DNA of 63,538 bases, counting the filler, from Ministeria vibrans ATCC 50519 (taxonomy: Eukaryota > Protista > Filasterea): assembly GCA_943704425.1 (NCBI GenBank). It is 9 parts of 9 records of this genome, joined end to end, with 100 filler letters (N's around TTAATTAATTAA, not from the genome) between each part and the next. Parts side by side here need not be neighbours in the genome. Positions count along the whole stretch, not along the records: positions 1 to 15,626 come from CALSCP010001031.1; positions 15,727 to 35,599 come from CALSCP010000848.1; 7 more parts are not named here. One strand, given 5' to 3'. A model generated the notes under the pieces. It saw only the letters and a program-made list of their open reading frames with translations, was not told the DNA's origin and ran no database searches. Positions 13,999-25,423 of the stretch are shown here, piece after piece. The position numbers were made by a program, and so were the translations under genes. Every line of letters begins with the position of its first letter. The first letter of the stretch is position 1.

Positions 13999-14109
13999 GC
14001 TGAAATTTTTATGGTGAGTCAGACACACTCAAAACTGATCTTTCGATTGACATTTGTGATTTGACGATGAACGATTAATTATTTTTTTTTGAGTTTTAAA
14101 CCTCTTGTG

Positions 14110-15454
14110 ATGAGTGACGAAGCGGGACCTTCAACGAGTTCGGCGGCCACTTCAGGTGCGTTGGTGTTTTCTTCGCTTTTTCGCTCATCTCATCCTCTTC
14201 TCCATTTCTCACTCCATCTCAACCGGTAGCTGCGCCGCCCACGGGCGCATTCAACTTCTCCAAGGCCGAAGAGAAGGTTCTGGAGTTCTGGAAGGAGACG
14301 GTATGCGTTGCATCAGCGCCCAATGGATTGCGTGTCTCGTCTCGTCTCTCTGTCGTGTCTTCCTTCGCTCTGCGTCTGCCCCGCTCATTTTGTGTCGCTT
14401 TGCACTAGGATGCCTTTCAAGAATCGATGCGCCAGTCTACAGCCAGAGTAAGAGATTTTTTTTTTTTTTTTCTCGGTCAGACAAAATGATGAAACTTTTT
14501 TTCTCTCTGTCTGTCTGTTTCATTCGTTAGAACGATCCTCCCTTCAACTTTTACGATGGACCTCCGTTTGCCACGGGAACACCCCATTATGGACACATTC
14601 TTGCGGGTACCATCAAGGTAAGAAACGCCAAAATCGTATGTTTCTTATGATTGATGGTAATATTGCATACCTCTTGTTAGGATACGGTGACGCGATATGC
14701 TCACCAGACTGGCCATCATGTTGATCGGCGTTTTGGCTGGGATTGCCATGGTCTTCCTGTTGAGTATGAGATTGGTAAGTGGAAGTGAGCGAGGGGCGCC
14801 AGTGGCATCTTCTGACACATTCTCCTTTTGTGTGTCTGTGTGTGTGTGCAGACAAGACTCTGGGCATCACTGGCCCACAGGACGTCGAAAAGATGGGCAT
14901 TGCAGCGTACAACGCTGAATGTCGCAAGATTGTCATGCGTTACTCTGGTGAGTGGCGTACGGTCGTGACACGTCTGGGTCGCTGGATTGATTTTGACAAT
15001 GACTACAAGACCCTTTACCCGTCCTTCATGGAGGTGAGTCTGCGTGCCAACGATTATATCCATGTACAGTGCTCTGATACACTCTTACGTCATATATGTA
15101 TGTATTTAGTCTGTGTGGAACGTGTTCCAGACGATTCACGAGAAGGAGCTTGTCTACCGCGGGTTCAAGGTGATGCCTTACAGGTACGCGCGTCATAATT
15201 TTTTTTTTACTAACGCTCTCTCTCTGTCGGTACAAACGAATATACAGTACTGGGTGCTGCACACCGTTGTCCAACTTTGAAGCAACGTCCAATTACAAAG
15301 AGGTATCGGACCCGGCAGTGTTCATTACATTTCCGCTGCGTGACGACTCTGCAGCACTGGTTGCGTGGACGACGACGCCCTGGACACTTCCCAGCAACCT
15401 CGCTGTCTGTGTTCATCCGACCATGCAGTATGTTCGCGTGCGCCTTCGCGATGG
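14110..15454 (+). CDS. IARS1: Isoleucyl-tRNA synthetase, cytosolic type, 5' part (truncated by contig end)
   Basis: [16 protein letters not shown] (HIGH motif), [47 protein letters not shown]. Confidence 0.96.
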
Positions 15455-15528
15455 GTACGCACACATATGCATACACATACACAAACACATACAAGAGAAA
15501 GAGTGTGTGTGGAGAAAGAAACAAAGTG

Positions 15529-15626
<98 letters not shown>

Positions 15627-15726
15627 NNNNNNNNNNNNNNNNNNNNNNNNNNNNNNNNNNNNNNNNNNNNTTAATTAATTAANNNNNNNNNNNNNNNNNN
15701 NNNNNNNNNNNNNNNNNNNNNNNNNN
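15627..15726. other. Artificial contig linker N44-TTAATTAATTAA-N44
   Basis: 12-mer with stops in all six frames flanked by 44 N each side; identical at 8 positions. Confidence 0.98.
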
Positions 15727-15835
<109 letters not shown>

Positions 15836-15848
15836 CTTTGTGTTGTAG

Positions 15849-16329
15849 TGGCGATTTGAATATCACTGTCAAATTTCTTGTTGAGGTGGATAAACTTGTG
15901 CAGCTCATTGAATCGCCCATTTTCACCTGTACGACAAACAAACACGCCTATTCTCTCTTGATACTAATGGACGGTATGATATGATACAGACCTGCGACTG
16001 CAGTTGCTGGAGCCCGAGAGCTATGCGTCGCTGGTCAAGACGCTCTATGGGCTGCTGATGCTCCTGCCGCAGTCGTCTGCCTTTGTCCTTCTCCAGAAAC
16101 GACTTGCTGCCATTCCCAATTTGTTTGCCTACCTCCCGAACATGTAAGTCACATAATATGGTGTGTCTGATTGACCTGTGGTTCTAATGGGGCATTTGGT
16201 GTGTGTAGGAAAGCAACGAAGAAACCGGAGAAGCTCAAGGACGCAAAGGAATTGATGGATGCCTTTATTGCGACCCAGGAGAAACACGCAAAGCTCATTA
16301 TGAAGAATGCCCGCCACATGTACGAGTGA
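15849..16329 (+). CDS. VAC14: VAC14 C-terminal exons
   Basis: [18 protein letters not shown] / LRLQLLEP...[25 protein letters not shown]; TGA at 16327-16329. Confidence 0.93.
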
Positions 16330-16476
16330 AGTGACAGACACAACAAGTGGGTTACGACGTAAATAGCGGCATCAGACGAAAATTCAAAACACTTCACCCT
16401 TTGCTTTTCTATTCGTTGACAATCAGTGCGTATTCTTCCTTGAATCAAGTGTTATAAGCAACCCTTCGAGGAAAGA

Positions 16477-18989
16477 ATGGGAGGCGAGAAGAAGCAAATC
16501 ATTGCGTTGGATGAAGACGTATGTGGTCGTTTTCTCCCATCTGTACAAACCAACGGGAGCGACTGATGCGCATAACACGGTAGAAGATATTCACAACTGC
16601 CAAAATATCAGTCAAGTGTCAACAATGATAATTCATAACTTTTCTTCCTTCTGAATCTGTGCCAGCTGACTATAGAATAGCCGACGAACTGGCTGCGTAG
16701 CTGTGCAGGAGGCTGGTTGGACTCATGACGGATCGAGAGAAGCATCAACTGACGGCCATGGGCTGGAAAGAGGGTATGAAGAGGGTACAGTCGTGTCGGA
16801 GGGGCCGCCTCGCTCACGCTCCCTTCTCTCTTCTCTCCTCGCTCCCTTGCTCCGCTTCTGCGCGCTGTGTAGGTGCCGAGAGCAAGGCCCCTCTGTGGCG
16901 CTGCTTTGGCCAGACAACTCTGTCGGGCTTGCCGCAGTTTAGCGACGCGGGAAGGTCGGTTGTGCGCTTGGTGGGTCATGCCGATGTGTCGCTCACTCCT
17001 CTCCGCTGCTCTGCAGGTCCTCTGGTGTCCGGTGGATGTGGATGATCATTGCATTTGTTGGAATAGGCCTCTCGATCAACGGAACCATCACGGCCGTCAA
17101 CACTTACTTGGCGTACACGCGAGAGCAGGCGAGAGCCACTCTTGACACTCGCCCTCTTTCCTTACAGATACGAAACCTCCACCTCGATTACAGTCTTCCC
17201 GCGCAGTGCTGCGCGTTTCCCCGCCGTCACCATGTGTCCTCTCTCTGTGTACTCGCAAGCGAAGATGGAGACGTCGCCCTACGCCTCCCTTACCAACGCG
17301 TCCTTCCTCGACGACCTTACCGTCACCTTGGCGTCGATCAATGCCTCTGAGCGTGCCAATCTCGTGCCCGACTCGCCTATTATCGGTGCTTTCTATAATG
17401 GTGCGCTTCTTCCCGAGTACGCCATTGAAAAGGTCGATTACGGTCCGCTCTATGGAGTCTGCTACACTTACAATGTAACTATATCATTGTAGTATTGTTC
17501 CCTTTCCCTCACTCTCTCCTTCACCGTCTTTTTTTTTCCTAGATCAACGGCACTGCGCCTAGTGTAGGGCTGGGCGGGCGTCGCTACGGCTTCACTGTGT
17601 ACCTCAACTCGAATATTGATGACCAAATGAGTATATTCGAGGCGGAAGGCTTCCTTGTGACAGTGCATCCACCCAAGACTCGTGCAGACATCCAAAAGAA
17701 CGTACGCCGACGCGACGTACTATGTGCGCAGTACATTATGTGTGTCTGTCGGTGTAATCCCCTTGCATTGCTTTTAGGCGTTTGCAGTGGGTCCTGGGCA
17801 GTACATGCGGGCGGGACTGCAGGAGGAGACGCACACGTCGCCGGGCTTTCCCTACTCGCTGTGCGAGCCCAGTCCGCCTCCTGGCACCTCTACCGAAGAG
17901 TATCTCAACCAGGTTGAGTTCTGTCGCCAGACCTGTCTTGGCAGTAATCTTCTTTTTCAGTGCGGCTGTGTAAGCCTGTGACTTCCCTTTGATCTGCCTC
18001 GAAGGCCTCTAAGTGCTCCCTCGTCTTTAGATTACTCCATCCCTCATCTACTTGTTCTTCGACCGTTTTGGCACGAACAACATCACCTTTTGTGACACAC
18101 CCGCCCAAGCACTGTGCATTAGCGAACTCTCTGCTCAGATTGAGGACGTGTCCGCCGACGTCTTTCAGCGCATCTGTGGTACTCCAAGAAAGAATAAGCA
18201 AACACAACGGAGTTGCTCAGCAATCCATTTTTAGAGTGTCCTGCACCTCTCTGCTACAGCACCAACTATCAAGTCACTACGTCGTCCGCTTTGTGGCCTA
18301 ATCCCCAGACAGCCCAAGGTACTCTCACTTTCAAAAAGTAAATGAACCAGTTTCCAACCAGTTCACTCACCGGCCTGCACTCTTTTTTCCAAAGACATAT
18401 CCGCTGTGTTTAACTACACTGCCGCTCAGATTGAGCGCAATGGCGTGAGCCTTCAGGTTTTCTACACTGTACGACCACACACACATATATACGTACATGT
18501 GTAAAAGCAAGTAGAGACTGTCTCATCCTTGTGTTGATCTCCTTTTCCAGACGTTGGATCGAGTGGATGTCAAACAAGAACCGTCGACTTCTCTTTCAGA
18601 GACCATTTCAAGTCAGACCATTTCTCTCTTTCTCTGCTCTGGACTGATATGTGTGTGTTTAGACATTGGTGGTGTTGTGGGTTTGTTTATCGGTGCGTCC
18701 TTGCTCACTGCATTTGAACTTATTGAGTTCTCTCTCTTACTCATTCCTCGAAAGTGGCGCAAAAAGATTTGGTAAAGCCCTTTGAATAATAATTTGTGAT
18801 GTATTTACAAGTACGCTCTGGATAGGTTGCACCGCACAGCGTACGAAGTCAAGCCGACTGTATCCAACGACGAAGATCACGACTCGTCAGGAAAGGTCTC
18901 CATTGCACTGCACTCACTTCCCGTACGAACACACACACACACACATCCTTATACCAATACACCACACCACAAAGACACAAAGACATACT

Positions 18990-19040
<51 letters not shown>

Positions 19041-19150
19041 CTTTGTTTTTCTCACTGTAGAGTGCCTCGTCGCTAAGCGGTGGGGGAAACAACTCATCTG
19101 CGACCGTCTTCACCGACCTGTACAAACCAATGGGAGCGACTGACGCATGA
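16477..19150 (+). CDS. DEG/ENaC (ASIC/ENaC family) ion channel subunit, multi-exon; start uncertain
   Basis: Pre-M1 FGQTTLSG; TM1 RWMWMIIAFVGIGLS; FPAVTMC; thumb cysteines (CRQTC..QCGC, CPAPLCYSTNY..SSALWP); TM2 ISNIGGVVGLFIGASLLTAFELIE. Confidence 0.9.
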
Positions 19151-19193
19151 CGCATAGTAGAACCCAATTTATTATTATTATACTACATTTAAT

Positions 19194-20546
19194 TCACATG
19201 AGCGACTTGCACGGACTGAAGGAGAGAGTGCTGAACTGATGAGTGAGGTCGAAGGCAGTGACGATGTTGTTAGCATTGTTGCGCTGGACGTAGCTGTGCC
19301 AGTTGAGTTTGTGATTGCGACGGTGGTGGGGCGTAGAAGGTGTGTGAGCGAGACGTAGGGACATATGGACGGGGCCCTTGGGCCGGCTGAGCGAGATGTG
19401 AACGAGCGAAGGGTCTGCTGTGTCGTACTCGAAGCGGCCGTGTTCGACAAGGGACGACGTAATGCCGTGCGGCTGTGAGTGGTGTGACTGCACTGCACCA
19501 CTGTGGATCGACGAGAGTGGGACGGTGCGACGGGGAGCACGGCACAGACGCGCCACAACGGACCGAATGTCGTCCGCCGTGCTCACTTCCCAGACAGAGC
19601 CGTCGCGGGCAAAGCGGAACAACCGGTGATAGGTGATGGTGTGCACGGGATTGTAGTAGAGGGTCATGCCCTTTTCGCCCTCGCGCACGTACGACACGCG
19701 TGAGACGTAGACGCCGTGGAAGAGAACGCGCGGACGCAGATAGAACGCACGCCGCCACCCACTGAAGCCATTGGGCAATATGGTTCGAGCAAGTGTGTCT
19801 TTGTCGTGAGGCCATGTACGAGCGCACACTTGACGCCATAGCAGGGGGTCGCGTGCCAGGACGTAAAAGTAGCGACACACTGCGGCGCACTCGTCGAGCG
19901 ATCCGGCGTCAATGCGTCCTCCCGCCACGTGGTCCAGGATCTTCTGCAGGATTTCTACCGGTAACACCGAAATGTGCTTGGACCATTGGTCCCGAGCACG
20001 CCTCAACGAGAGTGACTGATCGTTTTTCAGCGACTCATACAACCAGTTCCCTTCGCGTTCTCCTTCTCCTCTCTCCGCTTCCCCCTCGACTGTTGCTGCT
20101 GCTGCTGCTGCTGCTGCTGACGCACTCGAGGGATGCTCGTCCACCATGCTATCGTCCCGTGGCGTGGTGTCTACGCTAAGCTTGTCCATTTGCGCGACGA
20201 GTGCCCGTGCCTCCTGGCGCATGCGTGCCTCCACCGTGCTGTCCTTTTGGATCGCGGCACGATAGAACCGAATTGCGTCGAAGGCCGAGCCGCCGCGCTC
20301 TTGTCGCTCGGCTTCGCGCCACAGCGCGTCTGCTTGGCTTGCCAGCGACGGCTCCATCTCTCGTCGGCTGTTGTTGCTGGCGTCGTCTTGTGCGTCGGCT
20401 TTTGTTGATGTTGTTGTGGCTGACTGAGACGCACCAGATTGCGCAAGCGCCTGTCTCCGTCTCAATTCCGCCTCCCATTCCTCTCGAAATGCAGCAAGCG
20501 TGTCTGTGGGCGTCATGGGGGCGACGGGGGGGAGCTCGTCGAGCAT
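19194..20546 (-). CDS. FBXO9: F-box only protein 9 / Hrt3 (a small 5' exon near 20626 is likely)
   Basis: FREEWEAEL; DAIRFYRAAIQKD; F-box ISVLPVEILQKI; RPRVLFHGVYVSRVSYVREGE; HTITYHRLFRF. Confidence 0.9.
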   Translation of the reverse strand: MLDELPPVAPMTPTDTLAAFREEWEAELRRRQALAQSGASQSATTTSTKADAQDDASNNSRREMEPSLASQADALWREAERQERGGSAFDAIRFYRAAIQKDSTVEARMRQEARALVAQMDKLSVDTTPRDDSMVDEHPSSASAAAAAAAATVEGEAERGEGEREGNWLYESLKNDQSLSLRRARDQWSKHISVLPVEILQKILDHVAGGRIDAGSLDECAAVCRYFYVLARDPLLWRQVCARTWPHDKDTLARTILPNGFSGWRRAFYLRPRVLFHGVYVSRVSYVREGEKGMTLYYNPVHTITYHRLFRFARDGSVWEVSTADDIRSVVARLCRAPRRTVPLSSIHSGAVQSHHSQPHGITSSLVEHGRFEYDTADPSLVHISLSRPKGPVHMSLRLAHTPSTPHHRRNHKLNWHSYVQRNNANNIVTAFDLTHQFSTLSFSPCKSLM

Positions 20547-20971
20547 CAGGTCGTCCTACACAGCACAATGAGCAACACGCGAAGGACCGAGAGAGAGCGC
20601 GCATGACTTGCCTCCAGGTCGTCCATCTGCTTGGGTGTGTATGGGTGTGCGTGAGGGTATGCGGAGGTGGGTGTAGGCCTCCGTGGCAGAGGTGCGTGGT
20701 GCTTTGGGGAAGAGTGACGAAAGTCCGAACGATAAAAAAAATCGGAAACGTCCCACTTGTGCTAGACTGTATGCGTGGCGATGGAGGCTGTCCTGGTGGG
20801 GTGCAGTGGCGTATACCCTGGGGTGGGGGTTGATTTGTGGGCGTTTCGAGGGTGTTTGAGAAAATGCGATTGGAACTTGGATGAGAGTGCGCCAAAAAAA
20901 ATATTCGCGCCCTGACTGGATCGAAATAAATTTTACAAAATCATTCAAATCGATCTCTTTTTGTGTCCCCC

Positions 20972-23900
20972 ATGCTTACACGCACTCGTTGGACCGCTCG
21001 CCCCACGGCTATGGACGTGTCGGACGCGGTGACGCCGCCTAGCAAGAAGGGAGCGAACGAGGCGGCTTTGACACCGCCGCGTCGCCGAAAGGCAGTTCGC
21101 CGACGCCGCGGCAACGACGATGTGTATGGTGAAGAGGAAGAGGAACTTGATGACTCCAGTATACCCTTTCCGCCTTCGCCACAACGGCCAATTTTGCCTG
21201 GACTTGAAGAAGCGTTTCTCCAAGAAACCGGTACGCTACCCTCACGTTCGCGTGCTCTCTCTCCCAAATCCGTCTGTTCCATTGTCCTTTAATCTGGTCC
21301 TCGTGATGGGTTTCGTCGCGAGATGGCTTTGCGTCGACAGTTTTCGTTTTTTTTTCTCGTTTTGTCAGCGTGTGATTTGTCATTTGTTATGTTGCTTATC
21401 AACTCTGCGTGTCCTCTGTCCATCGTCTCTGATCGATTGTGTGATATTGCTGCTTTTGTTTTTTGTGTCCGCTAGGCGTACGCTTTGTTGTTTTAGTATG
21501 GAGCAACTCTCTTTGTGAGTTGAGTTGCACTAACTTTATTTGTCAGCCTGTGATTTGTAATTTTGTTATGTTGTTCATGAAAACTGATCAAACCTGCTTG
21601 TCCTTTTTTTTGTCTTCTCTGAGTGATTGTGTGGTGTTGGTGCTTTTGTTTTTCATGTCCGCCAGGCGCCGTTTATTATGCACTCACTCTCTTTGTGAGT
21701 TGAGTTGGATTAACCTTGTGTCGCATTGTCTTGTTGTTGCGGTGTTAACGGTGGCATGGTTTTTGCGTTGAGTGTCACTCGATTGTGGAAATAGGGGTTG
21801 CTGTTCTGCTGAGAAATCATGCTAGTCGAAAAAATAAGATAGAGAATCAATACTATTTGCTTCTCTTTTGATATTGTGACATTCATTTCTTCAATATTGT
21901 TTCTAATCAAATTTATGTTGTTGTGGTTGCAGGGACGTACATTTCACCGCCGTCGGTTCAGTTCCGCCAGAGTAAACGACCGCGCAAACACCTTGTGTCG
22001 CCCGAGCGTCCCACCGCCGACACGACCACCATCAAAATACGCACCGTTGTCACTTCTCCATCCTCCTTCTCCCCCTCCTCCTCTTCCAGCACCGCTCACG
22101 CCGCTGCAGTCTCGACTCGCGCGTCTGCTTTACCATCATCGTCGTTGTCGTCAACATCTGTGCGTCCCGTGCGCGAGTCGGCGCGTCGTCCTCGTTCACT
22201 CTTCGCGTCCTCTCACGACTCCATTGTGGGTCCCGTGGCACTGTCGCCCTCCCCACCGCGTCCCACCACCACCATCTCCATTGCGTCATCGGCAACTCCC
22301 ACTCCGCGTGACTTTCTTCTTCCCTCCCTCTTTCCCGTGCCCCTCGACGCCCCCGACTGGTCCGCGTGCATCAGCCCCGCCGATCTCGTCGCTTCTTTCT
22401 CCTGGGAGCTCGCCTGCATTCTCAACGAGCGATGGGCCAACGCTCGCTACTACAAAGTATGATAATAAATGATGTGCTTGATACTGTATGACTTGCTACT
22501 TACAATTGGTTGTCTTTTTTTTTTTTTTTCCAGTCTCTGTTTGGGACATTTATGCGAGACTATGCGGCTGCGAGCTGGGCAGTGCGCGAGCAACTGGTGG
22601 CCATTGTCGACGAGCTGGGGTTGCAGTCGGCGCTGATCAGTCGCCATGTGGATGCATCTGCGGATGAAGGGGCGCGTGCAGCGGTGCAGGCTACCTTTGG
22701 CGACGAAGGGCGTTTGTTTGGGCCGTTGTTCAATGTCCAACGTGATCCCAAGGTGGTTCTGTTGCGGGTGAAGCTGCCGCTGCGCCGTCGAAGTGACCTG
22801 GCTATTGTGGCAAGTATCCTCGAAGAATGGTGGACCTCCGTCGCCGAGCCTTTTTGCATGCGTGAGCTGCGTCTACGGTCCAAGGGGGATGTGTGTCGTC
22901 TCATTCGTGTGCCCTATGCCGATCCCAGTGCGCCTCATGTCATGCGCGTGCGTCTGCGAATGCACCGTCTTGGCACCAAGAAGATCTGGCGTCGTTTGGT
23001 GCTCCCTTCGAACGCGTCTCTAGCCGACTTGGCCGTGTGGGCCGCGCAATGCTTTGGCTGGAACCTTGCCAACCGCACCAACTATTCGTTTCTGGTGCGC
23101 GACAAGGGCGTCTTCCACGAGGGTGACGACGAGGAGGAAGGCGAGAGGGGTGATGGCGAGTCGCGCTATGTCGATGTTGTGACGATGAGTCCACGAGTGG
23201 CCGCGTCAACGACACCTGTGAAGAAGAAGAAGAAGGAGAAGAAGAAGACGACGAAAAAGGGAGCGCCAGTAACGACAAAGAAGATGTCAATTAAGGACAA
23301 GCGTAGGAGAAAGGACATGAGCGATGCTATTGGTCATGACAACGACGAGGAGGCAGTCAATGATGGTGATGGCGATGATGTGAGTGACGGCGAAGGTGGT
23401 GGTGGTGATGATGATGATGATGGTGATGGTGATGATGATGACAACGACGACGACGATACTGACGCTGATGGGCGACGACGACGCTCTGGCCGACGTCTTG
23501 CCAAGGTGTCTGCCAAAGTGTTGCGTGCACTTTCGTCGACGGTGCGTGCAGAAGAGGACGAGGAGGAGGAGGAGGACGAGGACGACGCGCGACACCGAGC
23601 CGTTGATGGCGTGCGCATTACCGAGTACCACGGTCTGTTGGGCAATGGCGAGGCGGTGGAGCAATTGCGCTCTCTGTGGCACTTGTCCGAGGGTCGCATT
23701 GACTACCGGCCTTCCGCGAGTGCTGCCGAGCCTTTTGTCCTCGATGGCAACACAGGTGTGCTTACCGACGAGGACATTGTGTCGCTGCAGGTGCCTCCAC
23801 GTGCCGTCGCGCGTCGTCACGCGGTGCCTCTGCTGCGCGCAGACCAAGCGATTCTGTCGCATGTGTTGCGCCCTGCCGAGCTCACGGGGGGCGTGCATCC

Positions 23901-24233
23901 GTCGCTCACCGTGACCCTTTCGATCGCAGGCATGGGCGAGGACGCCCACTCGGTTGAGCTTGAAGAGGTCATGCCGCGTGTCAAGGGCCAAGTGCTGCCC
24001 GCCGTCACTGGGGGTGCAAGGTAAATTTTAAGTTTATGAATGTGTGTTTGTGTTTCATTTGATATAATTATATTCATGTGTGTGTGTACGCGCCTGTGGG
24101 TGTTGACCTGCTTTCTTTGTGTAGGACTCCGGACAAACGCAACAACTGGAGTTCGCCTGGCACAGAGCAATTTTCCAAGCGCGCGGTGAACCTCAGCCTC
24201 ACTCATGCGGTGTTCACCACCTCCCCCAAATGA
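20972..24233 (+). CDS. Low-complexity protein with split pRiA4b-ORF3-like domain
   Basis: RVRLRMHRLGTKKIWRRLVLPSNASLADLAVWAAQCFGW and GEDAHSVELEEVMPRVKGQVLPAVTGGAR resemble the two halves of the domain; GT-AG introns link ORFs 20963, 21923 and 22510; TGA at 24231-24233. Confidence 0.6.
21361..21716. repeat. Diverged tandem duplication (~180 bp x2) in an intron
   Basis: ttgtcagc(g/c)tgtgatttgt...ctctctttgtgagttgagttg at ~21361-21535 and ~21540-21716. Confidence 0.8.
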
Positions 24234-24326
24234 AAGAGTGGATATATAAGTTATTTTTTTAGTATCAAGTTTATTATTATTTTTCATGTTATACAGCCGT
24301 TGCATTGTCCGGGTCCGTTTGCCAGG

Positions 24327-25423
24327 CTACGTCGAGAAAAGATAGAGTTGTCCAAAGATGCAAATATCAATGGCGAGCTGGACGGAGCCGCATAGAATGA
24401 ACTGGAAAGCAGACTGCTTCCATACGAAGTAGATCGTCTTGAAAAGGTCGCCAACGAACCAACCCAGGGCCATATAAATGCTATGAGAGAGTGAAAAAAA
24501 AAAGATTAGAGAGCATGACAGAGAAGTGAGAGTGCGAAAGAGAGAGAGTCTCTTATATAGAATTATACAAATTATGACAATTTCGCTGCTCTTTGTTTTG
24601 TACATAGTCTTGTTTCGACATGTTTCGAAATGGAGTAGTTAATTCACTATTATAATTCTTATATCTAATTATATGATTGTGTGTGTGTGCGTGTGTGTGT
24701 GTGTGTGGTTGGTGTGTCGTAGCAGTGCCTTGTCGCCGTGCTCTACGTACCTCATTCCTTTGGTTGAGCGTGACTTCTGGTTCTTGATGAGTTGAGGGAG
24801 TGCAAGAGTCGACTCGAGCATGAGTGAAGCAAAGCCAAGCACCTCGACGTAGATGGGGTTGCTGTTAAGAAGAAGTCCAAGACATGCTAGGATGCCGCTG
24901 AATGCCCCGAGCGCAACGACGTAGTCGACAAACTCGCTCCATTGCCAAAAAGTAGCCAACAAGTTCAAGTCTACGAAAAGTTGAGAATCAAGTGCGTTCT
25001 TGCTTGGACTGAGTGCGCAAAGGAAAACCTGCTAGGCGAACGGGCGTCTTGCTGGGCCCGTCGTCTCGATTCAGACGGACGCACAGCTCGAGAAGCAACA
25101 GCTGGACAAGGATCATGAAGAGCGCCTGAAGGAGCAAGGGCGTTTCAAAGGGACGCCCGAGCCAGAAGAAGCACCGACCAATCTGGGAGAGCAGCAGCAC
25201 CAGACAGACCATGGTCGAGAACCCCTTGGCGCTCTTGCTGCTGCGGATGTTAAGGTACTGTGGGACGTATGGCAGCGCCTACGCGGGAGAGAGGGAGAGA
25301 GAGAGAGGGGGGGGGGAGAGAAAGAGGGTGTTTTTGCTTGTTCAAAACAGAGAAAACGGCACGTACTCCGCCGACGATCATGACCAGGCTGGCCGCCGAT
25401 GAGAGCATTTCAATTGGGTCCAT
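24327..25423 (-). CDS. SLC66A2: PQ-loop protein SLC66A2/PQLC1 (yeast Any1-like)
   Basis: PYVPQY..I...KGFSTMVCLVLL, FFWLGRPFETPLLLQ, FWQWSEF, ESTLALPQL, GDLFKTIYF, QFILCG. Confidence 0.92.

Noticed and set aside
15671-15682. Recurrent palindromic TTAATTAATTAA as a biological site
   Set aside because: Always centred in exactly 44+44 N; a synthetic six-frame-stop spacer
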